Shown piece by piece: positions 42,770-55,929 of a stretch of 64,000 nt of DNA. Made by a program: the position numbers and the translations under genes. Source of the stretch: the human T2T-CHM13v2.0 reference genome, Homo sapiens. Every line of letters starts with the position of its first letter. Positions within the stretch are counted from its first letter, which is position 1. The stretch lies in NCBI RefSeq assembly GCF_009914755.1, contig NC_060928.1; one strand, 5' to 3'. A model generated the notes under the pieces. It had not been told where the DNA came from, ran no database searches, and saw only the letters and a list, made by a program, of their open reading frames with translations.

Positions 42770-43060
42770 TGAGATTCTTTCATGTGCAAGACACTGTGAA
42801 AGATATTGGACTAACAAAGAATCAAAAGCAGATACATTTCAGTTTTTGAATATTGGGAGTTTATATTCCAGCAAAGCAGACTATATATAAGTAAACCATA
42901 AAATCATATTATGATAAAGGATATGATATAGATATATATCAATTAATAGCTAAGAGTGTGGATTGTATGACAGAGGTACAGACATGCATTAGAGAACTGA
43001 GCTTAAAGCAAAAGTAGGAGTTAGTTACTGAAAAGCACAACTAGGAAAGTGGGAGCAGAG
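42770..43060 (-). mobile_element. L2 3' fragment
   Basis: atgtgcaagacactgtg...gggagtttatattccagc; gaactgagcttaaagcaaaagtaggagttag. Confidence 0.55.
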
Positions 43061-43102
43061 GAATAAAGATAAAAGAATATAAGAAAAGTTGATATAATAA
43101 GA

Positions 43103-43553
43103 TGTATCAGTTTCCTAGGGCTGTGATAACCAGGTACTAAAAACTGGATTGTTTAAAACAACAGGAATTTATTCTCTCAATTCTTGAGTCTAGAAGTCTT
43201 AAATCAAGGTTTCAACATAGTTGGTTATTTCCTAGGGATCTGAGGGAGAAACTGTCCCACATCTCGCTCTTGGTTTCTAGTGATAGCCCAGGTAACCCTT
43301 GGCATTCCTTGGATTGTAGATTCAACACTCTAATCTCTGCCACCGTTTTCACGTGGCTTTATCTTTATGTCTCCATGTCTTCTTATAATGTCACCATTCA
43401 CATTGGATTAGAGAGTCATTCTACTCCAATATAAAAGACTTATCTTAAATAATTATATATGTAACAACTCTATTTTCAAACCAGACTGCACTCTGAGGTC
43501 ATGAGGGTTAGGACTTTAACCTTTTTTGTGGGGACGTCATTCAATAAATAACA
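43103..43553 (-). mobile_element. MaLR solo LTR (MLT1B/C-like)
   Basis: tgtatcagtttcctagggctgtgataac...aaaacaacaggaatttattctctca...tagaagtcttaaatcaagg. Confidence 0.82.
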
Positions 43554-44022
43554 TAAGGGCTAACACATATTAAGCAGTAACAAAACAATGTGTATACATT
43601 AAGCATTTTACCCCCAGTATATGGGTATTATATTGCTATGTGGTAGTTAAATACTATAATCTTAATTTTACAGATATACATTTCCTGGTCACAGAGTTAA
43701 GCAACATTAAAGCAAATTTAAAAGCCTATATTTTAGCCACAATGTTTCCTGCCTCCCAAATAGTTAAATTTAGTTGGATCCATTCATGGCATATGTAAAC
43801 AGAGAAGTTTGTAAAATAAAGAATGACATAAAAATAGGATGAAATTTGTACTTTACTTGGAGACTATCATAAATTACATTTCTTTCTTATTCATAATCTG
43901 ATCTATGTTTCATTTAAAAAAATACTGGTAAACATATGAGCCATAGTAGTTTCAGAAGATACTGAAAGAGAGAGGTATGTTAAAAGCTAGTGAAGTATTA
44001 CCTAAGAGATCATGAATGCCTG

Positions 44023-44694
44023 TGATAGTGACAGGAGACAGAAAAACTCCTAGGCAAGCAGAGTCAGGAAACCCGATCCTCAAACCAAGGACAGCTTAAA
44101 GCCTGAGATCCAAGCTGCCAGTTCCAGACAGAGTCCACAGCTGCAGTGAGAACTATCCCTGTCTTACCCACTCTCTCTCAATTGGTTCCTTCTGAATGAT
44201 GCCCTTTAACCAATCCAATGGTGCTTTTTCCAATACCACCCATGGACCAATCAGCATGCACTTCCCCATTCTAAGCCCATAAAACCCCCAGGACTCAGCC
44301 TCACAGATGGCTAACCGGCTTTCAGGTCCCCTCTGGCAGCTGGGAGTTTTCCTTCTATAGCTCAAAATTCTTTTCTGCCTTATTTACTTTCTGGTGTCGA
44401 CATATCTTATTCCTTTGTTGCAGGACAAGAACTTGGAACTTGCTGAGCTGGGGATGGTGGGAGTAAAAGAGTTGTAACCTTCCCTTCTGCTCCCCAAACA
44501 ATGTGAGAGAAGAAACCATTGGACGCCACTCTCTCCTGTTAGCCCAACTGCCAGAGCGAAAAAGTTGTGACGTCACTGGCTTACCCAGCAAGCTAACTGT
44601 GGGAGGTGGGAGTAAAAGAGCTGTAACCTTCTCTCCCACTCGAGGAACTACCCTCCTGCTTGACAAATTACAGGAGCGAAAAAGCCACGTATCA
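44023..44694 (+). mobile_element. ERV1 solo LTR (LTR27/LTR28/LTR1 group)
   Basis: tgatagtgacaggagacag start; ggaccaatcagcatgcacttccccattctaagcccataaaa; repeated gagtaaaagag(c/t)tgtaac units at the 3' end. Confidence 0.78.
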
Positions 44695-44853
44695 GAGGAG
44701 ACTTCAGGGTATGTTTATATCTGTATTACAGGATTTTTAAAAGATTGAATGAAGTAGCATTTCTGAAATGTCTGGAACATAATGTTTGAAATAGAATAAA
44801 ATATCAATAAATGGTGCTGCTGTCATTATTAGTTGAATTCATAGAGAAAACCA

Positions 44854-44854
<1 letters not shown>

Positions 44855-44887
<33 letters not shown>
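44855..44887. repeat. (CA)n microsatellite
   Basis: About 16 CA units. Confidence 0.95.
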
Positions 44888-44889
<2 letters not shown>

Positions 44890-45847
44890 CACGCAATCCT
44901 AAAGACTATAAGGTTCTTATAGAAATAACATTAAACATGTTTTTTAAAAGTAAGGCCTTAAATATATAAAGTATATCCTATAGAATTTTTAAAACTAATA
45001 ATTTTATATTATTATTGAATATATCTAACCTCTTGACCGTTTTTCATTGGCAGAAAATTAAGCCTGACAGTCTCTCCAAACAACTTTGTGCACATATTAA
45101 GTAAAGGAGGAGGTACTGCTTACACCTAAAACCTAATCTCAGATGAATTATGGAGTGAATATAACTACTACTGAGCTAAATGTTAAAAACAAATGTGTAA
45201 GATCTCATAAAGACAATACATGCAATATTTCATTTACACATTACGTTTATTATTTATGTGTGCATCTAATATCTAACTGCTAATCTCAGCTTTACCACAA
45301 TATCTAAAATAAGAGGTAATTCTTTCATCATCTTGACCTTTTGGACAGTTTACCATAATCATACACGAAAGATTCAGTAAACTATTTAGATTTTCAGAAA
45401 AAGTAGTCATAGAATACAAAGCGGCATTAACTATCCAAGAGTATTTAACTTAATATATAAATAAATGTGTTCCTGATATGCCATTTCTAGGCAAGTTCAA
45501 GCCCCATATGAATGAGACAATAACAGTTTTGTTTTGATTTTTTTAAATTACCTTTTCCTGTAAAAGAGCCAGCTCCCTGGTTTTAAAGAAGAAATAATAG
45601 GAAAAGAAGGGCATTCTGAGAGTTCAGCCTTCTCTTTCTTTTATTAATTGTTTTAACTTCATCAAAGTACTTACTGCTTTGTAGCTACACTGAGATGATT
45701 TTATGTTTCTTAAATCCTAATACAAGAGTTAGAAATTAGTAGAATTTTTCCTAAATATGTCTTTGGAAAATGGCATTATATATGTAGAAATCTTAAAAAT
45801 AGTACTTCATTTGACAGTATATCTGAGGAAAAATAAGCTTTAGTGGT

Positions 45848-46190
45848 TATCTTATTCCATTTTGTCCTGCTACAACAGAATACCTGAGTCTAGGTAATTT
45901 ATAATGAACAGAAACTTATTTATCATGGTTCTGGAGGCTGGGAAGACCAAGATCAAAGTGTGGCATTTGGTGAGAGCCTTCTTGCTGCATCTTTACACAT
46001 GGTGGAAGACAGAAAAGCAAGAGCGAAAAGGGGATCAAACTCATTCTTTTATAACAGCATTAATTCCACCCATAAAGCCAGAGCCCTCATGACCCAATCA
46101 CCTCTGAAAGGTCTTATCTAATAATACTGTCACAATGTCAATTAAATTTCAACACGGGTTTTGGAGGGAACAAACATTCAAACCAAAGCA
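45848..46190 (-). mobile_element. MaLR solo LTR (MSTC/D-like)
   Basis: acagaatacctgagtctaggtaatttataatgaacagaa...caaacattcaaaccaaagca; 5-bp TSD gtggt/gtggc. Confidence 0.85.
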
Positions 46191-46883
46191 GTGGCTTTAT
46201 GTAAGAAAATCCAATATAGAAATTCAGGAACAATACTACTTATTCCACTCTCCCTTAAGCAAAATGCAGTGTAAATACTATTTAATTCATTGCACTTACA
46301 TGAAGACTAAATGTAATTGCCCAGTCGTCCATTGATTTACCCCTTACAGTTAAATCTGGTGATTTATATAGACCTATGCTATGGTTTATAGGAAAAGTTG
46401 AAAAAGAAAAATATGTAGTCTGCCCACCCAACATTTTTTCAACAACATCTCCTCAAAGGATGTAGCAAGAAATAATACAGTAAAGTCCATATTTCCATGG
46501 AGTAGGAAAAGACTTGACTAGAGTAATTATCAATATTGTTAGAAGAAAATGTCAACATATAAGCTAAATCTCTAAAAGATGTTGTTTTTATATTATTAGA
46601 CCCTACAGAGCTTAAAACAAATGTAAAAAGATCTCTCAGATATATAACTTAAAATCTAGATCAGAATATGATGCATTTATATATTACAATATATTACATA
46701 ATAAATGGCCCACACATTAAAAAATAGTGAGCTAAATGCACACATTCCAAGTAGCAAGACATTTGAGAAAGGGATAGTTGGCAAGATGAAAAAGCAATAA
46801 ACCTAAATCCAAACACATGACTCTTATTGCTACCTCTTACATTAAGTAGTTCTATGTATTACTTAAGTTCCATGTATTTAGGC

Positions 46884-47180
46884 TTTTTTTTTTTTCTTTT
46901 GAGATGAAGTCTCACTCTGTCGCCCAGGCTGTAGTGCAGTGGCACAATCTTAGTTCACTGCACTCTCCGCCTCCCGAGTTCAAGCGATTCTCCTGCCTCA
47001 GCCTCCTGAGTAGCTGGGATTACAGGTGCGCACCACCACATCCAGCTAATTTTTGTATTTTTAGTAGAGACAGGGTTTCAACATGTTGGTCAGGCTGGCC
47101 TCGAACTCGTGACCTCGTGATCCTCCCACCTTGGCCTCCCAAAGTGCTGGGATTACAGGCATGAGCCACCATTCCCGGCC
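46884..47180 (-). mobile_element. Alu SINE (AluSg/Sc-like)
   Basis: gacctcgtgatcc diagnostic; TSD tgtatttaggc/catatttaagc. Confidence 0.96.
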
Positions 47181-48396
47181 CATATTTAAGCTTTTTTTAA
47201 GACATCTTTTACAATTGCAAAAGACAGAAGACAAGTTTAATTATATTATATGACACTTCCAGAAAAAGTGAAAAATATTACCATTGATAGCATACAGCTC
47301 ATAGAAACCATCATACAACCACTTCATTTACTAGAATTGACAATTCATCTGATTATTTCTGATGTACCTAAATTAAAACTTTTTATGTTTATATGCAAGG
47401 CATATTCTGGGTTTAAGGTTGTAGGGTGAAAGTGTTACATATGTTATGCTTCATATTGTTTTAAGGCCTCCAAGCTAGTTTTAATGTTATTTTCATGAAG
47501 TTTATGCTATTGAACATTGAAAGAAGATGTTTAAATATTAGTTTAAATTGGGGTCTTTTGTATATTACACAGTATGCTTTCTTACAAATTTCAAAATTAC
47601 CTTATGGATAGTATAATTGCATAGTATTTTAAGAGTATAAATTGCAAATAGGTATTAAAATATGTTACTATTTTTGTAAATCTGATAATTTTTTGCTTTT
47701 TTGAAATAAAAATAAAATAATTGTAAATAGCCTTACTTCTGTTTTTTATCTGTGGCACAAAATGTTTCAAAGTTAATTTATAAGTATAGCTGGCATTAAT
47801 TCAACTTAACAAAAAGAGTCGAGCTCACAATTGTTTGTGTAGGAGCGATTGCTCCTATCTGGGAATTGAAGACTCCCTGGTATATATCCTTTGTATAATA
47901 CTTATACAGCTCTGGGAACTAAGGTTAAATTACAACTAAATTGAAGCATATTTTTATTTTTTAAAAATATATAATTTCATGAGTATATGTTAACTGTTTT
48001 TATACATTAATGTTCAGAGAAAATAATCTGAGTTTTATTTCTTAAAAGCTCTAAGATTAAGAAAAATAATTTACAACTTTTTAAAAGAGGATCAGCTATC
48101 GGGAATGCATAATAAAATGATTCATCATTCATGGTACTTGATATTTCATTTTCATTGGGTACATTAAATTTATCATAAAGAGATCAAGCAAAAAAAATTA
48201 TAAAGACTTTTTCAAACACCATTTGCCCCAGCAAGTGTTGGACTCTGTTGGTGACTCATAGTGGCTGTTAACAACAGGATTAAGTACAGAAATTTTTCTG
48301 CTTAAAAAGCTTAGTTGTGCTCATTGAGAAAAATAAAGTTCAGCAGTGATATATTAAAAAGGAATTTCAGCATTGTTCATTGTTATGGTTGTCTGT

Positions 48397-48801
48397 TTTC
48401 TTAGTCTGTTTTGTGCTGCTCTAACAGAACAACACAGACTGGGTAATTTATAATGAACAGAAATTTATTTCTCACAATTTTGGAGGCTCTGAAGTCCAAG
48501 ATCAGGAGCCAGCATCTTGCAAGGGCCTTTTTGCTGTGACATAACATGGCAGAAGACACCATTCAGTAAAAGGACAAAGAGAGGGTGAGACAGAACAAGA
48601 AAACCAGGACAAAATTGTCTCTTTACAAGGAGCCTACTCCCACAATAACAAACCCATTCTCATTACATTGATATTAATTCATTCATGAGGGCAGAGTCCT
48701 TATGGCTTAATCACCTCGGAAATTCCCATCTCTTAATTCTATTAAATGGCAATCAAATTCCAACATGAATTTGGGAGGGGACAAGCATTCAAATCATAGC
48801 A
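48397..48801 (-). mobile_element. MaLR solo LTR (MSTC/D-like)
   Basis: cttagtctgttttgtgctgctctaacagaa...gcattcaaatcatagca. Confidence 0.85.
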
Positions 48802-48950
48802 TTTATCAAAACTAAAGCAAGCTATTAGGAAATAAAATTCTTCAGTTTTGAACTAAGGGTCATGAGAACCAATCTAAAAAGACATATTTACTTTATAGTC
48901 ATTGGATCACTGGTTTTTGATACTGACTGTATATAAGAATAGTTTTTAAA

Positions 48951-49010
48951 ATCCTAAAACCTTGGTCATATTTACATCTAATCCTAAAACCAAGGTCATA
49001 TTTACATCTA
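48951..49010. repeat. 30-bp tandem duplication
   Basis: atcctaaaacc(tt/aa)ggtcatatttacatcta x2. Confidence 0.95.
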
Positions 49011-50219
49011 ACCAAATAAGAATCTCTGTCTATAGATACCTTGGTTTCAGCACTCTTCAAAAATATCTGAGATCATACTTATGTTCATCCAGACTGATAA
49101 CCAATGATCTATAATCCCATCTTCTTTCTTAAAAAACAGTCTTAGAGAGATCCTTGAGGCTGTGTGGTCAGCAAAATATCATGAATATTCTCTTCATTAT
49201 AAATGATCAACTAGATTTATTCTTAATCAAAAGTGCCTAACAGTCAGTTAGAGGTACTTACTACTGCGTAGTAAAATCAAACATTTCATGAAATATAAGA
49301 GCTTCCAATTCAGCACAGAAACAGAAAAGACAAACTTCAGTTTGACATTGCTTAAGCCCACTTCCTGGATACTCAGAGGATATATTCTGGAAATTTGGGG
49401 ATGCAGAGACATAAGTCATTGTCATTTGGGCTTGCCTCATTCAGATTCCCAAAGCTGATAGTTAGATTTGAAATTACTTTGCTCTAGACATATCTCTAAT
49501 TATCATACAAAGTTTCATAGAATTATAAAATAGTAATTTAAATTTTAAACATAATAATTATGGGTCAGATAGCTTTTGGGGACAGAAAGGGGAGCATAAG
49601 ATTTGGAGTTTTCAACCCATCACAATTCCAGAAATATTTATTACAGAATTTCAAACTGAAATTAACCAACAGCAACATATCTTCCATTAGTTTTGATATA
49701 GTAATTTGAGAGAATCAAATTCAGGTTTTTACTTAGTGTATAAGTAAATTTTGAAAATTTAATACAGAAGCATTTATAACAAAATTGAAGTCCTTTAGCA
49801 AGATGCTTAAATGGAGTGCACTGTTAAGACAGTGTTCATTCACTGAGATGGGAGACTTCATTTGATATGTACTTTGCCAATCACTTTGTAATGGCAAATA
49901 TCATAATAGAGAATTTAACATGCATGAAAATATTCGACCAAATAATGTTTATTACTTCTGTTAGTAGCAACATATCTTGAAAGGATAAAAATAAACTTCA
50001 CTCAAGTATCTTCATTATAAAATGCAATATTAATCCGGTGACCTATTAACTCTTTCATGGCTGTATTATGTAGGTTCAAAATATCTAAATTTTCAATTAT
50101 CTTTTTAGATTAGCTTATTTTTTTCCTTTAACTATGAAGCTCTGTAAAATGTAGAGAAATCCTATTTCTAAACTGAAATATATCAAAGTAAGCTAAAAGA
50201 ATGGAATAATCATATCATA

Positions 50220-51130
50220 GAAGTTCTGGCTTCAGTGCTAACATGTTAAAGCAGCTTGGAAATTATCACTCCTGCCATCATAATTGCAACAACATAAATA
50301 TGGAAAACCTGAAAATCAGTGACTTTTCTTGGAAACATTAGAGAATTGAGTGCATTATCCTGTTCTTGCATTGCTATAAAGAACTACCTGAGACTGGATA
50401 ATTTATTAAACAAAAAATAGGCTTAATTGACTCCAGGTTCCAAAGGCTGTACGGGAAGCATGCCTGGGGAGGCTTCAGGAAACTTACAGTTATGGCAAAA
50501 GGCAAAGAGAAAGCAGGCATGTCCTACATGGCTGAAACAGGAGAAAGAGGGAGTGGGGAAGGTGCCATACACTTAAACAACAAGATCTCATGAGAACTCA
50601 CTCCCTATCATGAGAAAAGCAATGGGGAAATCTGCCACCATGATCCAATCACCTCCCACCAGGCCCCTCCTCCAATGCTGGAGATTACAATTTGATATGC
50701 AATTTGGTCAAGGACACAAATCCAAACCATATCACTGAGACTGCAAGGCAAAAGCACCGGGAAATCTGGAGAGGGATGGATCCAGAGAGTCACAGGCTAG
50801 ATTTGCTTACCTGGAACAGAAACCACTAGAGCCAAAAACTGATAGGATACCTCATTGTAATTGTAACTAAATACTGGAAGCTGAGTATGGACTAGCATGA
50901 AACAGAGAGAATCCTTGGAGATTAATTCATAAAGAAGTCAAAACATTTTTTGGGGGGGTTTACCTCCAGGAACATCAACTCCCCTAAGTTCTCACAGGGG
51001 AGTTAAGAAAGATGCCTTCCTGGCTCTGACAAAGGTAGAGGAAATACAACTATTTCAAAATGACTTAAAAGTGTTTGCCATAACAAAGCTCTGTGCTGCA
51101 GAGTAAAAGACTATACCAGAGCCATCTTGA
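50220..51130 (+). mobile_element. Old L1M (L1MC/MD-like) 5' region, split by a MaLR LTR
   Basis: aacctgaaaatcagtgacttttcttggaaacattagagaattgag|actgcaaggcaaa is collinear across the LTR. Confidence 0.55.
50351..50734 (-). mobile_element. MaLR solo LTR (MSTA/THE1D-like)
   Basis: cattgctataaagaactacctgagactgg...aaaccatatca; TSD ttgag/ctgag. Confidence 0.9.
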
Positions 51131-51236
51131 TTACATTTTACTGGAAAAGTTTCAAACTAGAGAAGCACCATATAAAAATTAAATTGAAATGGATTTTATA
51201 TCTAAACGTAAGACCTAAAACTCAAAAATTATATAA

Positions 51237-51712
51237 GAGGGTGTTGCTAAAGGAGATTAACATTTGAGTCAGTGGACTGGGAGAGGCAGGCCTACCCTCA
51301 ATCTGGGTGGGCATCATCTAATCAGCTGCCACTGCAGCTAGAATAAAGCAGGCAGAAGAACAGGGAAGGACTAGACTGTCTTAGTCTCCCGGCCTTCATC
51401 TTTCTCCTCTTCTGGATGCTTCCTCCCCTCCAAATCAGACTCCAAAGTCTTCAGTTTTGGGACTCATGGATTTACACCAGTGATCTGCCAGGGGCTCTTG
51501 GGCCTTCAGTCATAGACTGAAGTCTGCACTGTCAGCTTCCCTACTTTTGAGGTGTTGGGTCTTGAACTGGCTTCCATACTCCTCTGCTTGCAGATGGCCT
51601 ATTGTGGGACTTCACCTTGTGATCGTGTGAGTCAATACACCTTGATAAACTTTCCTTCATAAATGCATCTATCCTATTAGTTCTGTCCCTCTAGAGAACA
51701 CTGAGTAACACA
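51237..51712 (+). mobile_element. MLT2A (ERVL) LTR lacking its 5' terminus
   Basis: gagggtgttgctaaaggagattaacatttgagtcagtggactggg...tcctattagttctgtccctctagagaacactgagtaacaca. Confidence 0.88.
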
Positions 51713-52245
51713 GTTGTATTTTATTTTCTAACATTTTGTGGAGGGTTGTTGCATCCATATTAATAAGAGATATGGTTCTGTAATATTTAATAATATTACT
51801 AGTAATATTATTACTATAAATTGTCAGGACAAATGTTTTCACTGCTGAATTCTATCAAACATTTTAGGAAAGAATAATATCCATTTAATGTAGTGCTCTC
51901 ATACAAGTAAAGAAGAGATCAGTGGAACAGAATAGAGTCTGTAAGTAGATCTACATATAGGGTCCATTTATTTTAGATAAAAGTGCAAAGAAAATGCAAA
52001 GAGAAAAGGTTAATATTTTCAACACATTTTACTGGAAAAGTTTCAATCTAGAGGAATGCCATATAAAAATTAAATTGAAATGGATTTTATATCTAAATGT
52101 AAGACCTAAAACTCAAAAATTGTATCAGAAAACACTGGAGAAAATATTTATGAATTTGGGTTAAACCGATATTTCTTTAATACAACATTAAAAGCATAAT
52201 CCACAAAAGAAAAAAGTTATAATTTACACCTTATAAAAAACTCTA
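51713..52245. mobile_element. Scrambled old L1M ORF2 fragments (one minus piece, then plus pieces)
   Basis: Minus: ttgcatccatattaataagagata. Plus: ttcactgctgaattctatcaaacattt, cagtggaacagaatagag, ctaaatgtaagacctaaaact. Confidence 0.7.
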
Positions 52246-55200
52246 AATGTCTGTTGGGTCTATTTTACCTAATGTGCAGTTTAAATCCAATGTCTCTTGG
52301 TTAATTTTCTTTCTAGATGATCTGGCTAATACTAACAGCATGGTGTTGAAGTCTCCAACTGTTATTGTATTTGAATCTGTCTCTTCATTTACATCTCATA
52401 ATATTTGCTTTATAAATGTCAGTACTCTGGTGTTGGGTGCATATATATTTTAAATTGTTATATCCTCTTGCTGAATTTATCCTTTTATCATTATATCATG
52501 ATCTTTGCCTCCTTTTATTGTTTTTGATGTAAAGTCTATTTTACCACATGTAAGTACAGGTAACCCTGTTTGCTTTGCTTTCCGTTTGAATGGAATATCT
52601 TTTTTCTGTTCCCTCTCTTTATTTTCAGTCTCTATGTGTCTTTACAGGTGATATGAGTTTCTTATAGTCTGAATTAAGTTGGGTTATGTTTTTTTTAATG
52701 CATTCATACAGTATACCTTTTCTTAAGTGAAAAAACTAATCCTTTTCCCTTCGAGGTTATTATTGATACTTAAGAGCTTGTTCTTACCATTTTATTAGTT
52801 GATTTCTGGTTGTTTTCTGTATCCTTTGTTCTTTCTCTGTTATTGCTTGTTATTGTAGTCTGGTGGTTTTCTGAAATGATCCTGTTTTAGCTTTTTCTAT
52901 TCCTTGTTGGTGTGTTTGGTGTAACAGTGGGTTTTACACTTTTATGCATTTTCATGATGGTAGATATCACTCTTTAACTTTCAGGTGTAGAACTCCCTTA
53001 AGCATTTATTGTAAGGTCAGCCTTGAGAAATTCCTTCAGCTTTTGCTTGTCGGAGAAAGACTTTATATCTCTTTCATTTACGAAGAATACCTTTAGGGGA
53101 TATATTATCCTTGGCTGGCAATTTTCCTTTCAGCACTTTGAATATACCATCCCATTCTTTTCTGGCTTGTAAGGTTTCTGCTGAGAAATCCACTATTAGT
53201 CTAATTGGTTTCCCTTATAACTAACCAAATGCTTTTCTCTTGCTGTTTTTAGAATTATGTCTTTGTCTTTGAATTTGACAATTCGACTGTAATGTGCTAT
53301 AGGAAAGACCTTTTTGCATTGTAGCTCTCAGGATCTCTGGGTTTCCTGTGTCTGGATGTCTAAATCTCCTTCTAGACTTGGAAAGTTTTCAATTCAAATA
53401 TTTGGTCACATTAGGTGTTCATACGCCACTAAGGCTTTGCTCATTCTTTTTAATTCTGTTTTTCTTTTAATTGTCTGACTGGGTTATGACTGGGTTATTT
53501 CAAACGACCTGTCTTCAAGTTTTGAAATTCTTGCTTCTGTTGATCTAATCTATTGTGAAGCTTTTGAATGTATTTTGTATTTCATTCAGTGAATTCTTCA
53601 GCTCCAGAATTTCTTTATTTTTTAATGATATATTTTTGGTAAATTTCTCATTTGTATCCTAAATTGTTTTTCTGATTTCTTTGTATTATTTTTGGTATTC
53701 TCTTGTATCTCACTGAGCTTCTTTAATATTATTTTGAATCTTTTTGTGGGATTTCATAAATTTCTTCATTGAAATTTGCTGCTGGAAAATTGTTGTGTTC
53801 CTTTGTCATTTTTCTTGTGCCCTTATGTTGATTTCTGAACATGTGATGTAACAGTCACTTCTTTTAATTTTTTGAATTTGCTTTTGTATGAAAGAACTTT
53901 TTCCAGAAGATGTATCTATGGTGTTGATGAGGTAGGGCACTTTGGCTTTGATTCTGGGTGCATGCAATAGTATAGTCTCCATATGATTGTAGTTGTAAAC
54001 AAGGTCAGTGGTGTCTAAGTTTCCTCAGTGGCTTAGGGTGCAATTGGTAGTGGAGGCTGTGGTGAAGTTTTATTGAGAATGGGGACACTGGGTGGGCCTG
54101 ACCTCAGGCCCCAGTGATGGTAGTGGTAAGCTGAGTGTTCTTGACTTTGGGCACCAGGGTGGTATATTCTGGCACCAATGTTAGCATCCAGGTGCGCCAT
54201 TTCTTGGGCCTCCATGCAACTTGTGTGTGTACTGGTAGTAGCAATTGTGGGTTGAGCCAGTGAGGGAGTCCTTGGGGCCCTGGACTATATGAGTGGTTTG
54301 AGTGATATCAGCAACAGTGGTGGGATTAATCTCTAAGTCCAAAGCAGTTTACTCTGATGTTGGTGGTGGCTGTGACAGGCTTGATGGGCCAGTCCCCAGG
54401 ACCACAGGTGGCACATCCAGATGGTTCCCCACTGTGGTGGTAGCAGTACATTGGGTGGGCCCAACCTCAGGCCTCTGGGCAGAGGGCTCGGGTACCTACT
54501 GTGATAGATGGACAGGATGGTTCCCAGACCCCAAAACTTCATGCTCAGGCACTGGAGGGGCAGAGCTAGGTTGGGAAAACCTGTTCTCAGGACCCCTTGT
54601 GGTGCTTTAAGGCACTGGCTGTGGTAAGCAGGAGTGGAGTAATCCCCAGGCCCAAGACAGTGGATTGGGGCATCAGTGGCCACACTACAGCCCTGCTACC
54701 AGGGAAGGTAGGGTTGCTTGCAGTGGTAGCAGCCATATGCAGGTGGCTGGGGAGTACACTTTACTTGCACTTCAGCCCTGACTTTTGCATCCATAGCTGT
54801 AGCTGCTGCAGGTGGGGAAATCTGATGTCAGTACATATGGAAATGCATAGTGGCTTTACTGCTGGGGCAACAGGGTCTTTGCCAATGGCTCACCTTTATC
54901 CTTGAAGGCAGCAGCCAGCTGTGGTGTGTGGCTGTAGGCAGGGCATGTCAATAAGTCTCCAGAGATGTGGAGATGCAGGTTCTGTTATGCCCCAGAGTAG
55001 GATGCAGTCTGGTGGTGGCTGGGTTCTCAATATGGCATCTTGCTATAGCTCCCTAGGGCTCAAGAGGTATGTGGGACCCAGCATGAGCTCCCTCTCTGAA
55101 GCAATGCCTCGCACGGTCTCTAAGCAGCTCCCTATGTTAGCCTTTGAGTCCATGAGGATCTAAAGTCTTTTTCACAATTAGGATGCAGGAGTCTGCAGTG

Positions 55201-55457
55201 GGGATGTGAACCTCTGAAGTTCACTCACTTATCCTTTCTCCTTCCCCACAGAGGCCCCCTGCTGATCCCAGCTGAGGAGGCTACCTCACTTGCCTCTCCT
55301 TCCTTGCTTTATGTTCTTCCTATCACTTGACTATTTTTTATTCAAGTTGTCTCTCTCAGATGACCTATGTGAAGTGTGATTATCTCATCCCTATTTTGAC
55401 TCTGCTTTTTGGCAGAGACAAATACCAAATGCCTCTAGTAGTCATCCTGAAGCCCTT
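52246..55457 (-). mobile_element. L1M1/2-age element: 5'UTR, ORF1 and start of ORF2; 3' part missing
   Basis: Antisense EN region (ggtgttgggtgcatatatattt), ORF1 (gtaaggtttctgctgagaaatcc), GC-rich repetitive 5'UTR, 5' terminus (rc gggcttcaggatgactactagaggc). Confidence 0.85.
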
Positions 55458-55464
55458 CTAGACT

Positions 55465-55815
55465 ACCCTGGATGCACACAAAAACACACTCTCAAGGTTA
55501 TTACGCTAAATGGAAGAAGTCTAATAAACAATATAAGCATACTGTATGTTTTCATTTATATAAAATTTTAGAAAAGAACAAACTAATCACTGTGACTGAA
55601 AGCAGATAAGTAGGTGCCTTTTGATGGAGCAAAGGGTTAGGGAAGGACAGAAGAAAAGTACTCCAAAGGGGCATGAAGGAATTTAGGGGCTGACAATACA
55701 CTTATAATCTTAAGAGTGGTTTGGATTTCACAAGTGTATAGATATTTCAAAACCTGTCAAATTCTACACTTCAAATACATACAATTTATTGTGAGTCAAT
55801 TATACTACCACAGAG
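55465..55815 (+). mobile_element. L1ME 3'UTR fragment
   Basis: catactgtatgttttcatttatataaaatttt...aaactaatc...caatttattgtgagtcaattatac. Confidence 0.72.
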
Positions 55816-55929
55816 CTTTGCAAAATATCTTGACGGCATTTTCTTTTACCTATAAATCTAATTTACTTATCCTCTTCGTAAGATTTATATCTTGGAAGAA
55901 CCAGTCTTTTCTTTCTGTATTTCTTTCCT

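Noticed and set aside
44455-44690. Repeat-spacer-like units (gagtaaaagag.tgtaac, gagcgaaaaag) as a CRISPR-like array
   Set aside because: Internal repeats normal for LTR27/28/LTR1-group LTRs; eukaryotic context; no cas genes
54030-55300. GC-rich block with several overlapping ORFs as a gene or CpG island
   Set aside because: Antisense repetitive 5'UTR of the old L1; CpG-depleted
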